DNA from: Planctomycetota bacterium
GTDB taxonomy: Bacteria > Planctomycetota > UBA1135 > UBA2386
Assembly: GCA_965223545.1 (NCBI GenBank)
Contig: OZ245006.1
Coordinates: 7,933,713 to 7,997,712 of the forward strand
Length of the DNA stretch: 64,000 nucleotides
Direction of reading: 5' to 3'
A model generated the notes under the pieces. It made no database searches and was not told where the DNA came from. It worked only from the letters and a program-made list of their open reading frames with translations. The stretch's first letter is position 1; the number at the start of each line of letters is the position of its first letter. Position numbers and translations under genes: made by a program. Positions 10,282 to 19,401 of the stretch are shown in pieces.

Positions 10282-10715
10282 GCCAAGAACTCGTCCTTCC
10301 AGTGGTAGCCGTCGAGCAGGGTCCGGTCGTCGTCGCCGAGGATCCGGCGGGCCAAGTACAGCGCTTCGACGGAAGCGAGCCCACGGCTCGGGTCGTCGAA
10401 CACCTTGCTGACGCGCGGATACGCGGTGCGCGCCCATGCCGGTAGGGAGCGGTGGATCGGCTGGCCGTCGACGCGCGCCACCAGGGCGGGCAAGTGCCGC
10501 CAAGTGCTGTCGAGGAGGAGCAGCGGTGGGCCGGCGTCGGCGGGCGACAGCTCGGGGGCGTCGACGGCGAGCAGTAGCATGCCGGTGGCGTCGATGCGGA
10601 AGCCGCGCGTCGCGCGGTGGAACTCGACGTCCTGCCGCCCGTGTAGGTGGCGCAGGGAGCACTTGGCGATGCGCTCCTTGGGGTGGCGGACGACGATGAC
10701 GCGGGGCGAGGTCAC
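10254..10715 (-). CDS. Tsr3/DTW-like (TDD superfamily) putative aminocarboxypropyl transferase
   Basis: 153 aa from a GTG that overlaps the upstream stop (GTGA at 10712-10715). Motifs HPKERIAKCS, LLLLDSTW and GLASVEALYLA parallel the Tsr3/DTW signatures (KxC, D-x-T-W, LSS-EA). The longer 307-aa track ORF is an Arg-rich extension overlapping the upstream gene. Confidence 0.6.
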   Translation of the reverse strand: MTSPRVIVVRHPKERIAKCSLRHLHGRQDVEFHRATRGFRIDATGMLLLAVDAPELSPADAGPPLLLLDSTWRHLPALVARVDGQPIHRSLPAWARTAYPRVSKVFDDPSRGLASVEALYLARRILGDDDRTLLDGYHWKDEFLAQLDRRPKP

Positions 10716-11734
10716 GATGGCTGCTCGCGGGGCGTCGGCGTGTCGCTCGGCGCCAGGTTCCAGACCTCCTGGACCGCGGCCTCGACGTCGCCGACGGCGA
10801 TGCCGAGCACGCACTGCGGCGACGCGCACTGCCGCCGGCGGCACGGCCGGCAAGGAGTCTCGGCGAACAGTACGCGGTGGTCCTGGCCGCGCGGCCCGTA
10901 CAGCGCGGCGTCTTTCGGCCCGAAGAGCGCGACCACCGGCGTGCCGGCCGCGGCCGCCAAGTGCAGGGGACCGGTATCGGCGGCGACGACGACGCGGGCG
11001 CGGGCGAGTGCGGCCGCCAGCCCGCGCAACCCGAGCGCGCTGCCGTCGAGGTGGGCGGCGCCCGCCGCGCACAACTCGGCCGCCAGCGCGTGCTCGCCGG
11101 GCCCGGTGCTGACGGCGACCGGCAGACCGTGCCCGACCAAGCGTTTGGTCAGTGCGGCGAAGTGCGTCGTCGGCCAACGCTTGAACGCGGCGAACGCGCT
11201 GGTGCCGGGGTGCAACACGACGGCGCCGTCGGCGGCGGTGGGTTGCGCGGGCGGCAGCCCCAGCCGCGCGCGTGCCGGGGCTGCCCGCAGGCCGAGATGG
11301 CGCAGCAGGTGGTAGCCCTGCTCGGCGCGGTGTGGCCGGGCTTCGGGCAGGCGCACCGCGGTGTGATAGAGCAGGTCGGCGCGCTCGCGCGCGATGGGGT
11401 GGGAGTAACCGAGCCGCAGCCGGCTGCGCGCGAGGCGGGCGTGGACCGCGCTCTTCAGGTTGCCGTGCAGGTCGAGCACGCAGTCGTAGCGCTGTGCGCG
11501 GAGGGCGCGGAGTGCGGCCAAAATCGCCGGCTTGCGCCGGCGGGGATAGACCAGCAGTCGTTCGATCTGCGGGTGCCCTTCGAGCAGCGCTGCGAAGCGG
11601 TCCTCGACCAAGAAGTCGATGCGCACGTCGGGCCGTTCGGCCTTCAGCGCCGCCAGGGTTTCCAGGGAGAACAGCACGTCGCCCATCGCCGAGAGGCGAA
11701 TGAGCAGGACGCGGGCGTTCTCCGGCAACGGCAT
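10712..11734 (-). CDS. Glycosyltransferase family 9 (ADP-heptose:LPS heptosyltransferase-like)
   Basis: 340 aa. N-terminal VLLIRLSAMGDVLFSLETLAALK, then GTSAFAAFKRWP and DTGPLHLAAAAGTPVVALFGP, typical of WaaC/WaaF-type GT9 enzymes. Confidence 0.85.
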   Translation of the reverse strand: MPLPENARVLLIRLSAMGDVLFSLETLAALKAERPDVRIDFLVEDRFAALLEGHPQIERLLVYPRRRKPAILAALRALRAQRYDCVLDLHGNLKSAVHARLARSRLRLGYSHPIARERADLLYHTAVRLPEARPHRAEQGYHLLRHLGLRAAPARARLGLPPAQPTAADGAVVLHPGTSAFAAFKRWPTTHFAALTKRLVGHGLPVAVSTGPGEHALAAELCAAGAAHLDGSALGLRGLAAALARARVVVAADTGPLHLAAAAGTPVVALFGPKDAALYGPRGQDHRVLFAETPCRPCRRRQCASPQCVLGIAVGDVEAAVQEVWNLAPSDTPTPREQPS

Positions 11735-11836
11735 GGCGCGAACTTAGCGTGCCGCACCCCCAGCGGCGACCGGATGCATGCCGCGCAGGCTTGCTCTAAG
11801 GTGCGGGCGTGGCGCCCGTCTCGGCGCGATAGCGAA

Positions 11837-12634
11837 ATGACCGTGCCCGAGGGATTCCACCGCCGAGAGCTCCCCGACGGTCACGCCGTCGTGCACGATG
11901 CGTTGGTCGGGGTGCCGACCGAGCGGCTGTGGTCACCGGGTGCCCCGCTGCCGGGTGCCGCCGGCCGCGGCGGCGTGGGGGTGCTGGATCTCGAAGGCGT
12001 GGGCCGCGCGGTCACCCGGCCGCTGCGCCGCGGCGGGCTGCTGCGCGCGTGGCTGCCGGCTGCCGTCGCCGACGCGGAGCGGACGGCGAGGGAGCTCGTG
12101 GTCTTGGCCACGTTGGCGGCGAAAGGCGTGCCGGTGGTCGAGCCGCTGGCGGCGCTGGCCCGCCGGCGCGGGCGCGGCTACGAACAGCGGTTGGTGACGC
12201 GCTGTGTGGAAGGCGCGTCGCCGTTGCCGGCGTTCGTCGCGGCCAGCCCGCAGTGGCGCCGCGCCGCGGTGCGCGGAGCCGGCCAAGTCGTCGGCGCGGC
12301 GTTCGTCGCTGGCCTACGGCACCCGGACCTTCACCCCGACAACTTCATCGCGCGCGCGGCGGACGGCGAGTGCGCGGTGTGGCTGCTCGATCTCGACCGC
12401 GCCTCGTGCGGCGGGGGACCCACCGCTGCCGCCGACCGCGACTGGATGCTGTTGCGGATGGCGCGCTACACCGTGCGGCACGCGGCGCGGTTGCCGGCAG
12501 TTCGGGGTGTCGACACGCTGCGATTCCTCGCCGGCCTCGGTCTGGATCGACGCCGGCGGCGCGCGTGCGTGGCGGCGTTGGCGCCGCGCCTCGCCCGTGC
12601 GGTGCGCTGGCATCGACTGAGCTGGCGCTCGTGA
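11837..12634 (+). CDS. Lipopolysaccharide kinase family protein (Kdo/WaaP-like)
   Basis: 265 aa from the ATG at 11837. Motifs RPLRRGGLL, GLRHPDLHPDNFI and WLLDLDRA. Divergent from the GT9 gene. The upstream part of the 585-aa track ORF is antisense to that gene and not credible. Confidence 0.75.
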   Translation: MTVPEGFHRRELPDGHAVVHDALVGVPTERLWSPGAPLPGAAGRGGVGVLDLEGVGRAVTRPLRRGGLLRAWLPAAVADAERTARELVVLATLAAKGVPVVEPLAALARRRGRGYEQRLVTRCVEGASPLPAFVAASPQWRRAAVRGAGQVVGAAFVAGLRHPDLHPDNFIARAADGECAVWLLDLDRASCGGGPTAAADRDWMLLRMARYTVRHAARLPAVRGVDTLRFLAGLGLDRRRRRACVAALAPRLARAVRWHRLSWRS

Positions 12635-12776
12635 GCGCGACCCCGGGTGGCCGAATGCGCGCCCGCATGGGCCATTGGCGTTTGCTCGCCAAGGCGTGCA
12701 CAGTCCCTACAATCGCGAGCCACTCCCGTGCGCTGTCGTCCGCGCTCCCCTTCGACCGAACCCTCGCCTCACCGTG

Positions 12777-13577
12777 ATGACGCTGCGAACTCCCCTCTTG
12801 CTGTCGGTTTTGCTCGTGTCCGCCGGTTGTCATGGCGTCGAGCTGACGACCGGCGCGGCCTACCTCAACACCAACCTGCGCGGTGACGCCGCGCTCGGGC
12901 CGAGCACCGGTTCGGTTGCCATCGGCGAGCGCCTCGTCGATCTCGACGGGGACGCCGGCTTGGAAGACCGCGACAGCTCGGTCTACATGTTCGGCGAGGC
13001 CGTCGCCCAGCGGTGGCGGTTGCACGCGAGCGCGTTCCGCCGCGATGACGCCGGCAACGGCACGCTGCCCGCGGGGTTCGGCGACATCCCGGCCGGCACG
13101 CCGGTCGCCGCCGATATCGACCTGACCAACATCCGCGTCGCGCTGACCTACGACGTCGTGTCCGAACCGGGGTACTGGGTCGGGTTGGGGGTCGCCGGCG
13201 ACTACTTCGACTGGGACCTGGACGTGGTCTCGCACGCGACCCTCGCGCGCGAGTCGGTGCGCTCCGACGTTCTGGTGCCGATGCCATACGTCCGCGCGGG
13301 CTTCACCGACAAGGGCATGACCGGCACTCTGGCGTTCGGCGGCATGGGCGGCGACCTGGGAGATGGCGACGGCACCTGGCTCGACTTCGAGGCAATGCTG
13401 TCCTACCGCGTGACGCGTTGGTTCGAGGTGCTCGGCGGTTATCGCTGGGCGCGCATCGACGGCGACGGCGTCGTCGACGGCCGGGCCTACATCGGCGACT
13501 TCGACCTGTCCGGCTGGTTCGTCGGCGGCGCGCTGCACTTCGGCGGTGCCGAGCAGCCGCGCGCGACGTTGTACTGA
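12777..13577 (+). CDS. Outer-membrane beta-barrel-like protein with a lipoprotein-like signal
   Basis: 266 aa from the ATG at 12777. Signal MTLRTPLLLSVLLVSAGC. Alternating hydrophobic/aromatic strands (YWVGLGVAGDYFDWDL, WFEVLGGYRWARI, GWFVGGALHF) near the C-terminus. Confidence 0.65.
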   Translation: MTLRTPLLLSVLLVSAGCHGVELTTGAAYLNTNLRGDAALGPSTGSVAIGERLVDLDGDAGLEDRDSSVYMFGEAVAQRWRLHASAFRRDDAGNGTLPAGFGDIPAGTPVAADIDLTNIRVALTYDVVSEPGYWVGLGVAGDYFDWDLDVVSHATLARESVRSDVLVPMPYVRAGFTDKGMTGTLAFGGMGGDLGDGDGTWLDFEAMLSYRVTRWFEVLGGYRWARIDGDGVVDGRAYIGDFDLSGWFVGGALHFGGAEQPRATLY

Positions 13578-13612
13578 GCGGCGTTGGGCGGCAACGAAGA
13601 GCCCACCCTTCG

Positions 13613-14143
13613 TCAACCCCGCTCGAGCTCGTCGACGAAGGCGCTGAGCTCGTCGGCGCAGTCGAGGTCCGGCGCGCGCAACGCCTGGCGATAGGTTGCC
13701 AACGCGCCGCGCACGTCGCCGGCGAGGTACTGGGCCGTGCCGAGGGTCACCAGGACGCGCGCGTTGGGCTCGAGGCTCGCGGCGCGGGCGCGGGCCGCGG
13801 CGGCGGCCGCCCGCGCCGGGTCGCGGTGCGCCGGGGGCGTGTCGGGGTCGATCAGGCACTGGGCGAGCAGCAGCCAGGCCTCGCCCGAGTCGGGGTTGGC
13901 GCGGGTCCATCGCTGGCACACGGCCAGGGCTTCGAGCAACGCGTCGCGGGCGAGGTGCGCTTCGACGGCCGTGCGGAACGCGGTCTCGCGTTCGCTGTCG
14001 GAGAGTCGAGCCGTGGCCTCGGTCGGCTGGCCGCTGCTGTTGCTCGGTGGTCGCGGCGCCTCGGTCCGCGCCGGACCGCGGCACGCGCCGTGGAGGAGCG
14101 CCAGCGTCGCCAACAGCGCGAAGCGTGAAACCTGGGGCCGCAT
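13613..14143 (-). CDS. Secreted TPR-like protein
   Basis: 176 aa from the ATG at 14143, with GAGG 6 nt upstream. Signal MRPQVSRFALLATLALLHGAC. Helical Ala/Leu-rich TPR-like body (GEAWLLLAQCL, LGTAQYLAGDVRGALATYRQAL). Lies directly downstream of the kinase gene on the same strand. Confidence 0.55.
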   Translation of the reverse strand: MRPQVSRFALLATLALLHGACRGPARTEAPRPPSNSSGQPTEATARLSDSERETAFRTAVEAHLARDALLEALAVCQRWTRANPDSGEAWLLLAQCLIDPDTPPAHRDPARAAAAAARARAASLEPNARVLVTLGTAQYLAGDVRGALATYRQALRAPDLDCADELSAFVDELERG

Positions 14144-14211
14144 GAGGAGCCTCAAGCCTAACCCGCGGTGGCCACGGGTCGCGCCGTGAGGCCAAGAATC
14201 CGTGGCCGGGC

Positions 14212-17200
14212 TCACCAGCCGCGCGTCCGCCGCAGGGCCAGGTGCTGCCGCAGCCGGCGGCGAAACGCGCCGCCGGGGGCGCGCGCCGCGACCGCGGCGA
14301 CCATTGCGTCGGCGGCGGGCTCCTCACCGGTGGCGTCCAGTAGGATGAGGCGCAACGCCAGCGGCAGCGCGCACGCCCGCTCCAGGGCGGTGGCCTCTGC
14401 CAGCGCCTCGGACGCGCCGGCGGCATCCCCGCGCGCGCTGCGGCGGTCGCGCTGGAGCAGCCACCACTCGGCGCGCAACGCCGCGTGGTCGGTCTGTTCG
14501 ACGTCGCGCGCCAAGCCCGCGCACGGCACACCGAGCCGTTCGAGGGCGAGACCGGCGCCGACCCGGATCGGCCGCAGCCGGGTGTCGTTGGCGCCGGCCA
14601 GGGTGTCGGCCAGATGCACGGCCGCGCTTTGGCGGTCGTTGCGGGCGATTGCCAGTCGGCCGAGCTCGAGGCCCGCCGCCAAGCGGCCATGGTTGTCGGC
14701 GCCGCGGCGGCTGCGCTCGTAGGCCGCGTCGAGCTCGGCCTGGGCGGCGACGTAGTCGCCCACTTCCCGCAAGACCGCACCGCGGACGGTCTGCAGGGTG
14801 GTCATCGCGCGCGCCGACGGCGCTTCGCGCAAGCCCGCCGCGGCATTGTCGAGGGCCTCGAAGGCGGCGCCGAACTCGCCGTCCCGCGCGTGCAGCCTGC
14901 CGAGGAGCAGCAGGGCCTGCACGGGATCACCGGCGTGGCCCGTGGCGGTCGCGACGGCGAGCGCCCGGTCGGCGTCGGCGCGGGCGCGTTCGCTTTCGCC
15001 GAGCTGCGCCCGCAGCGTTCCACGCAGCGTCAGAGCCGCCGCCAGGGTTGTGCCTTCGTCGAGGTCGCGGGCCGCGCCGTCACTCAGGTCGAGCGCGGCG
15101 AGCAGCTGGCCGCGGTCGTGTGCCAAGCGGGCCAGTCCGAGGCGGGCGCGCGCCGCTGCCGCGCGGTCGCCGGCCGCAAGGGCCCGCTTCAGCGCGGCCG
15201 CCAATGCGAGCTGCGCTTGGCGATCCTCGCCGAGCTCGAGGTTGGCTTCGGCTTCGACCAACAACACCTCGCGGTGCAGCGCCTCGCGCTCGGCCGACGC
15301 CGGTGCCGCGTCGAGGTGCTTGCGCATTCGCTTCGCCACCCGGGCGACGTTGCGCGAAGAACCGGCGCGGACCAGGGCGCGCAGGGCGCGCTCCAGCGGG
15401 GGCAGGGCGGCGACGTGCTCGGCGGCGGCGGAGAACTGCAGTCCGACCTCCAGCGGCGGCGCGCCCCGCGCCTCGAGGATCCACGCCGCCGCGCGGTGCA
15501 TGCGCTGGCGACTGATCGACGGCAGCAGCTCGAGGATCGCAGTGCGGTAGTCGCGGTGGCGGAACGCGGCGCGCCCGCCGCTGGCCGAGATGACGTCGTC
15601 GAGCATCGACAGCGCCTCGAGCACCATCAACTCGGTCTGGCCGGTGAGCGCGCGGAGGTCGGCCAGGGCGCAGGTCTCGCCGAGCACGGCGGCGGCCTTG
15701 AGGACGTAGCTCTGGCGCGGGGCCATCGCTTCGACCAGCTCGCGCAGCCGTTGCAGGGCCGGGGCTGCCGGCCGGAGCTCCGCCACGCGGAGCCCGCCGT
15801 ATCGTCCCGGCCGCCCGGTGAGCTCGCCGGCCTCGGCGTGCGCGGCGAGCGCGTCGAGTAGGTTTCCCGGGCTGCCGCCCGTGCTGGCGTGCGCGCGTCG
15901 CAGGAAGGCGTCGAGCCCCTCGCCACGGGTGTCGGGCTCGAACAGCGAGGCACCAAAGCGGAGGAACGCGTCTTCCTCGAGACCGCCGAGCGGCAGGTGA
16001 TCGACGGCGGCGCCCTCGATCGCTTGGCCTGCGGGACCGACCAGGAGCAGCAGCAAGCGGTGTTCGCGCAGGTGCGGCAGAAGCTGACCGATGACGAGCC
16101 TGCCGGTCGGCGACAGGTTGTCGACCCGATCGACGCGGAGCACGACCGTGTGGCCTGCGCGGCACAGTGCCAGCACTCCGAAGGCCAAGCGCTCGGCGCG
16201 CAGCCGCGCCGATTCGTCGCCTTGCTCGCCGCACAACAACGCCGCGAGCCGGTCGCTGTCCTCGCCCCCGAGGTCGGTCTCGGCGGCGATGCGCGCGCCG
16301 AGGCGGGCGCGCGAGTGGGGCGAGTCCGGCGCGTCGCCGCGCAGGAACCAGCCGAGCAGCATCGCCGGAAACGGCTCGCCGTGCGTCGCTTCGCCGTGCC
16401 GCGGCGGCTCGCCGCCGAGCAGCACCAAGCCGCGGTGGGCGCGCAGCCAGGCCGCCAGGCACTCGTCCAGCAGGCGGCGCCGGCCGATGCCGCGCGGGCC
16501 GGTGAGCAGGATGGCGCCGCCGCGTCCGGCGAGTGCGGCGCGCAGCGCGCGGTCGAGCAGCCGGCGCTGGTCGCGGCGATCGAAGAACCGAGTCGGCGCG
16601 GCGCGGCGCATCGCGCGCAGTCGCTGCTCGGCGAAGAGCACCGGCGCCTCGCGCTGGTGGCGGCGCCAGTAGCGGGACCCCTCGCCGCCCTGCAGCGCGT
16701 CCGCCACCGTCTCGGCGCTCGGCGGCCGGGCGGCGGCGTCCTTCTCCAGCAGCTCGCCGATCAGCTGTTCCAAGAACGCCGAGCAGCGCGGCTCGAAGTG
16801 CGAGGCGCGGGGCGGTGGGCGGTGCAGATGCGCGTACAGCATGTCGTCGGCGGTGCGCGCGGCGGCGAACGGATGGCGGCCGGTCAGGCTCTCGAACAGC
16901 ACCAGGCCGAGGGCGTAGAGGTCGGCGGAGGCGGCGGCGCGTTGGCCGGCGAGCACCTCGGGCGCGGCGTAGGCGACGCTGCCGTAGAAGCCGCCGCTGC
17001 TCGGCGGCCCCACGGCGCCGCCGCGTCGGGCCAGGCCGAGGTCGACGATGACGATCTGACCCTCCGGCGTCAGCACCAGGTTCTCCGGCTTGACGTCGCG
17101 GTGGACCACGCCGCGGCGGTGCAGCGCGCCGAGTCCGCGCGCGGTATCGAGCCCGATGCGGCGCACCAGGTCCTCGACCGCCGGTGCGCCGTCGGCGATG

Positions 17201-17547
17201 ACACGGCGCAGGGGCCGGCCCTGTACCAGCTGCATCACCAGAAAGACGAACGGCGCGCCGTCGTCGTCGACGGTCTCCTCGAGGCTGTAGATGCGGGCGA
17301 CGTGCGGGCTCCGCACCCGGCGGCCGATCGCGGCCTCGGTGCGCAGCTGCCGCAGCGCCACGTCGTCGCCGGCCTGCTCGGGATGCAGCACCTTGACCGC
17401 GATCGCTTGACCGCGGCGGCGGGGCGCCGCGTCGGTGAAGCGGGCCGCGTAGACCGCACCGCTCGAACCCGCCCCCAAGCGTGCCTCGAGCTCGATGCCG
17501 GCGCGCCGCAGCAGTGCGACCGTGGATGGGGGGGCGGCTTCGGTCAT
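14212..17547 (-). CDS. Ser/Thr protein kinase fused to a STAND-type NTPase-like domain and TPR repeats
   Basis: 1111 aa. Hanks kinase motifs AIAVKVL, HRDVKPENLVL, DLGLAR and AAPEVL. Followed by the P-loop-like ILLTGPRGIGRRRLL and a long Ala/Leu-rich TPR-like C-terminus. Confidence 0.9.
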   Translation of the reverse strand: MTEAAPPSTVALLRRAGIELEARLGAGSSGAVYAARFTDAAPRRRGQAIAVKVLHPEQAGDDVALRQLRTEAAIGRRVRSPHVARIYSLEETVDDDGAPFVFLVMQLVQGRPLRRVIADGAPAVEDLVRRIGLDTARGLGALHRRGVVHRDVKPENLVLTPEGQIVIVDLGLARRGGAVGPPSSGGFYGSVAYAAPEVLAGQRAAASADLYALGLVLFESLTGRHPFAAARTADDMLYAHLHRPPPRASHFEPRCSAFLEQLIGELLEKDAAARPPSAETVADALQGGEGSRYWRRHQREAPVLFAEQRLRAMRRAAPTRFFDRRDQRRLLDRALRAALAGRGGAILLTGPRGIGRRRLLDECLAAWLRAHRGLVLLGGEPPRHGEATHGEPFPAMLLGWFLRGDAPDSPHSRARLGARIAAETDLGGEDSDRLAALLCGEQGDESARLRAERLAFGVLALCRAGHTVVLRVDRVDNLSPTGRLVIGQLLPHLREHRLLLLLVGPAGQAIEGAAVDHLPLGGLEEDAFLRFGASLFEPDTRGEGLDAFLRRAHASTGGSPGNLLDALAAHAEAGELTGRPGRYGGLRVAELRPAAPALQRLRELVEAMAPRQSYVLKAAAVLGETCALADLRALTGQTELMVLEALSMLDDVISASGGRAAFRHRDYRTAILELLPSISRQRMHRAAAWILEARGAPPLEVGLQFSAAAEHVAALPPLERALRALVRAGSSRNVARVAKRMRKHLDAAPASAEREALHREVLLVEAEANLELGEDRQAQLALAAALKRALAAGDRAAAARARLGLARLAHDRGQLLAALDLSDGAARDLDEGTTLAAALTLRGTLRAQLGESERARADADRALAVATATGHAGDPVQALLLLGRLHARDGEFGAAFEALDNAAAGLREAPSARAMTTLQTVRGAVLREVGDYVAAQAELDAAYERSRRGADNHGRLAAGLELGRLAIARNDRQSAAVHLADTLAGANDTRLRPIRVGAGLALERLGVPCAGLARDVEQTDHAALRAEWWLLQRDRRSARGDAAGASEALAEATALERACALPLALRLILLDATGEEPAADAMVAAVAARAPGGAFRRRLRQHLALRRTRGW

Positions 17548-17664
17548 CGGCGGGACGGCGTCCAGCGTCGCAGATGGTGTCGGGCAGCGCGAGAGGGCAG
17601 TCGCCGCCCGCCGTGCATCGGCCGAGCCGCGCGGCTAAGTTGAGCGGCCCGACCGGAGCCGACC

Positions 17665-19101
17665 TTGCTGCGCCTCTACAACAGCCTCCACCGAAAGCTC
17701 GAACCGCTGACCCCGATCCAGCCCGGTCGGGTCTCGATGTACCACTGCGGCCCGACGGTGTATTCGTCGCCCCACATCGGCAACTTCCGTTCGTTCTTGC
17801 TCGCCGATCTGCTGCGCCGCTTTCTGGAGGATCGCGGCGTGCGCGTGCACCAGGTGATGAACATCACCGACGTCGGCCACATGACCGACGACGACGAGGA
17901 CCGCGGCGAGGACAAGCTCGAGGCGGCGGCGCGCCGGACCAAGCGGGACCCGTGGCAGATCGCGCGCGGCTACGAAGAAGAGTTCCGCACTTGCCTGGCC
18001 GAGCTCGGGTTTCGCATGCCGCACGAGCTGCCGCGCGCCACCGATCACATCGCCGAGATGGGCGCCATCATCGAGCGGCTGTTGCAGCGGGGCTTCGCGT
18101 ACCAAGTCAACGGCAACGTCTACTTCGAGATCGCCAAGTTCCCGGCCTACGGACGGCTGTCGAACAAGGATCTCGACGAGCTCGGCGGCGAGCACGCCCG
18201 GCTCGGCGCCAACCCCGACAAGCGCGACCCGCGCGACTTCGCCCTGTGGAAGGTCGACGAGAAGCACCTGATGCAGTGGGACGCGCCGTTCTCGGGCGGC
18301 GTGCGCGGCTTTCCGGGCTGGCACATCGAGTGCTCGGCGATGGCGATGAAGTACCTCGGCGAGAGCTTCGACCTGCACACCGGGGGCGAGGACAATCTGT
18401 TCCCGCACCACGAGTGCGAGATCGCGCAGTCGGAGGCCGCCACCGGCGTGCCGTTCGTCGGCATGTGGCTGCACGTCAAGCACCTGTTGGTGGACGGCGA
18501 GAAGATGTCGAAGAGCAAGGGCAACTTCTTAACCGTGCAGGATGTGCTGCAGCGCGGCTTCAGCGGCGCGGAGCTGCGCTATGCGCTGCTCCGCGTGCAG
18601 TACCGGCAATCGCTCAACTTCACGTTCGCGGGGCTAGAAGAATCGCGGCGCGCGATCGCGCGCGTGCGCCAGGCCCGCGCCCGGTTGGTCGCCCAGCGCG
18701 CCGGCGGAGCGGAGGCGGGCGATGATCTGCGCGCGCCGGTCGAGCGCGCCGACGCGGCGTTCACGGCGGCGCTGGAAGACGACCTCAACAGCAGCGAGGC
18801 GTTGGCGGCGGTGTTCGGCTTGGTCTCGGCGGTCAACAAGGCGGCGCCGAGCGCGGTGGGGGCGGAGCGCGCTTTGGTCGCGTTTGCCCGTTTCGAGGAT
18901 GTGCTGGGCTGTTTCGGCCCCGAGCCCGCCGCGCCGGCGGCCACCGAGGTGCCGGCGGCGCTGCTCGAGCTCCTCGAGCAGCGGCAGGCGGCCCGCGCTG
19001 CCAAGGACTGGGCAGAGGCCGACCGCTTGCGCGACGCCCTGGCCGAGCACGGCTACCGCGTCGTCGACGGGCCCGACGGCGCACGGCTAGAGCCGCGTTG
19101 A
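17665..19101 (+). CDS. cysS: Cysteine--tRNA ligase
   Basis: 478 aa. Class I signatures HIGNFRSF (HIGH) and KMSKSKGN (KMSKS), plus GWHIECSAM. TTG start with GGAG 6 nt upstream. Confidence 0.95.
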   Translation: MLRLYNSLHRKLEPLTPIQPGRVSMYHCGPTVYSSPHIGNFRSFLLADLLRRFLEDRGVRVHQVMNITDVGHMTDDDEDRGEDKLEAAARRTKRDPWQIARGYEEEFRTCLAELGFRMPHELPRATDHIAEMGAIIERLLQRGFAYQVNGNVYFEIAKFPAYGRLSNKDLDELGGEHARLGANPDKRDPRDFALWKVDEKHLMQWDAPFSGGVRGFPGWHIECSAMAMKYLGESFDLHTGGEDNLFPHHECEIAQSEAATGVPFVGMWLHVKHLLVDGEKMSKSKGNFLTVQDVLQRGFSGAELRYALLRVQYRQSLNFTFAGLEESRRAIARVRQARARLVAQRAGGAEAGDDLRAPVERADAAFTAALEDDLNSSEALAAVFGLVSAVNKAAPSAVGAERALVAFARFEDVLGCFGPEPAAPAATEVPAALLELLEQRQAARAAKDWAEADRLRDALAEHGYRVVDGPDGARLEPR

Positions 19102-19175
19102 CGCCGGGCGTTGGGGTCGGCATCGATTCACCTTGCACCACGGCAGCCGGCCGGCATGATGCGCCCTGCTGGTAC

Positions 19176-19274
19176 GGGAGCGGATCGGGGCTGGTGTCCT
19201 GCCTGGTCTTCAAAACCAGTGGGGGTCGCCCCAGAGGCGGTCTCGGTGGGTTCGATTCCCATGCGCTCCCGCCA
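19176..19274 (+). tRNA. selC: tRNA-Sec (selenocysteine tRNA, anticodon UCA)
   Basis: 99 nt folded by hand. Acceptor GGGAGCG/CGCTCCC (7 bp plus a G.G), discriminator G and encoded CCA. 6-bp D stem CGGGGC/GTCCTG with 4-nt loop TGGT. Anticodon loop CT-TCA-AA on a 5-bp stem. 9-bp variable arm (GGGGTCGCC/GGCGGTCTC). 5-bp T stem with loop TTCGATT. Confidence 0.9.
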
Positions 19275-19401
19275 CTCTCGGCCGTGCTCCGCGCAACCCG
19301 TGTGGGGCGGTCGGGTTCTCGGGCCGGTTTCTCAGGCCGGGGGCTCGCAACTCGGCGACCGATCGTTACCCTGTTTCGCCCTTCTCCTCCCGGAGTAGCT
19401 G

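Noticed and set aside
10877-11836. N-terminal 320 codons of the 585-aa plus-strand ORF ending at 12634
   Set aside because: This part is antisense to the well-supported GT9 gene and is Arg/Gly-rich. The kinase-family similarity begins only after the ATG at 11837.
12708-12713. TACAAT hexamer 64 nt upstream of the beta-barrel protein gene as a -10 box
   Set aside because: No acceptable -35 lies at 16-18 nt (TTGCTC is 20 nt away). A hexamer of this composition is expected a few times by chance in 64 kb on two strands.
12345-14780. 811-aa minus-strand ORF across the LPS-kinase, beta-barrel protein and TPR genes
   Set aside because: Same composition artefact. It overlaps better-supported genes on both strands, and its frame does not show the signal peptides or motifs seen in the accepted ORFs.
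19102-19401. selC as an integration hotspot for a genomic island
   Set aside because: selC is a classic island insertion site in enterobacteria. Here it is flanked directly by cysS and the nqr operon, there is no integrase, and I saw no second copy of the tRNA 3' end by eye (I cannot run an exact repeat search).
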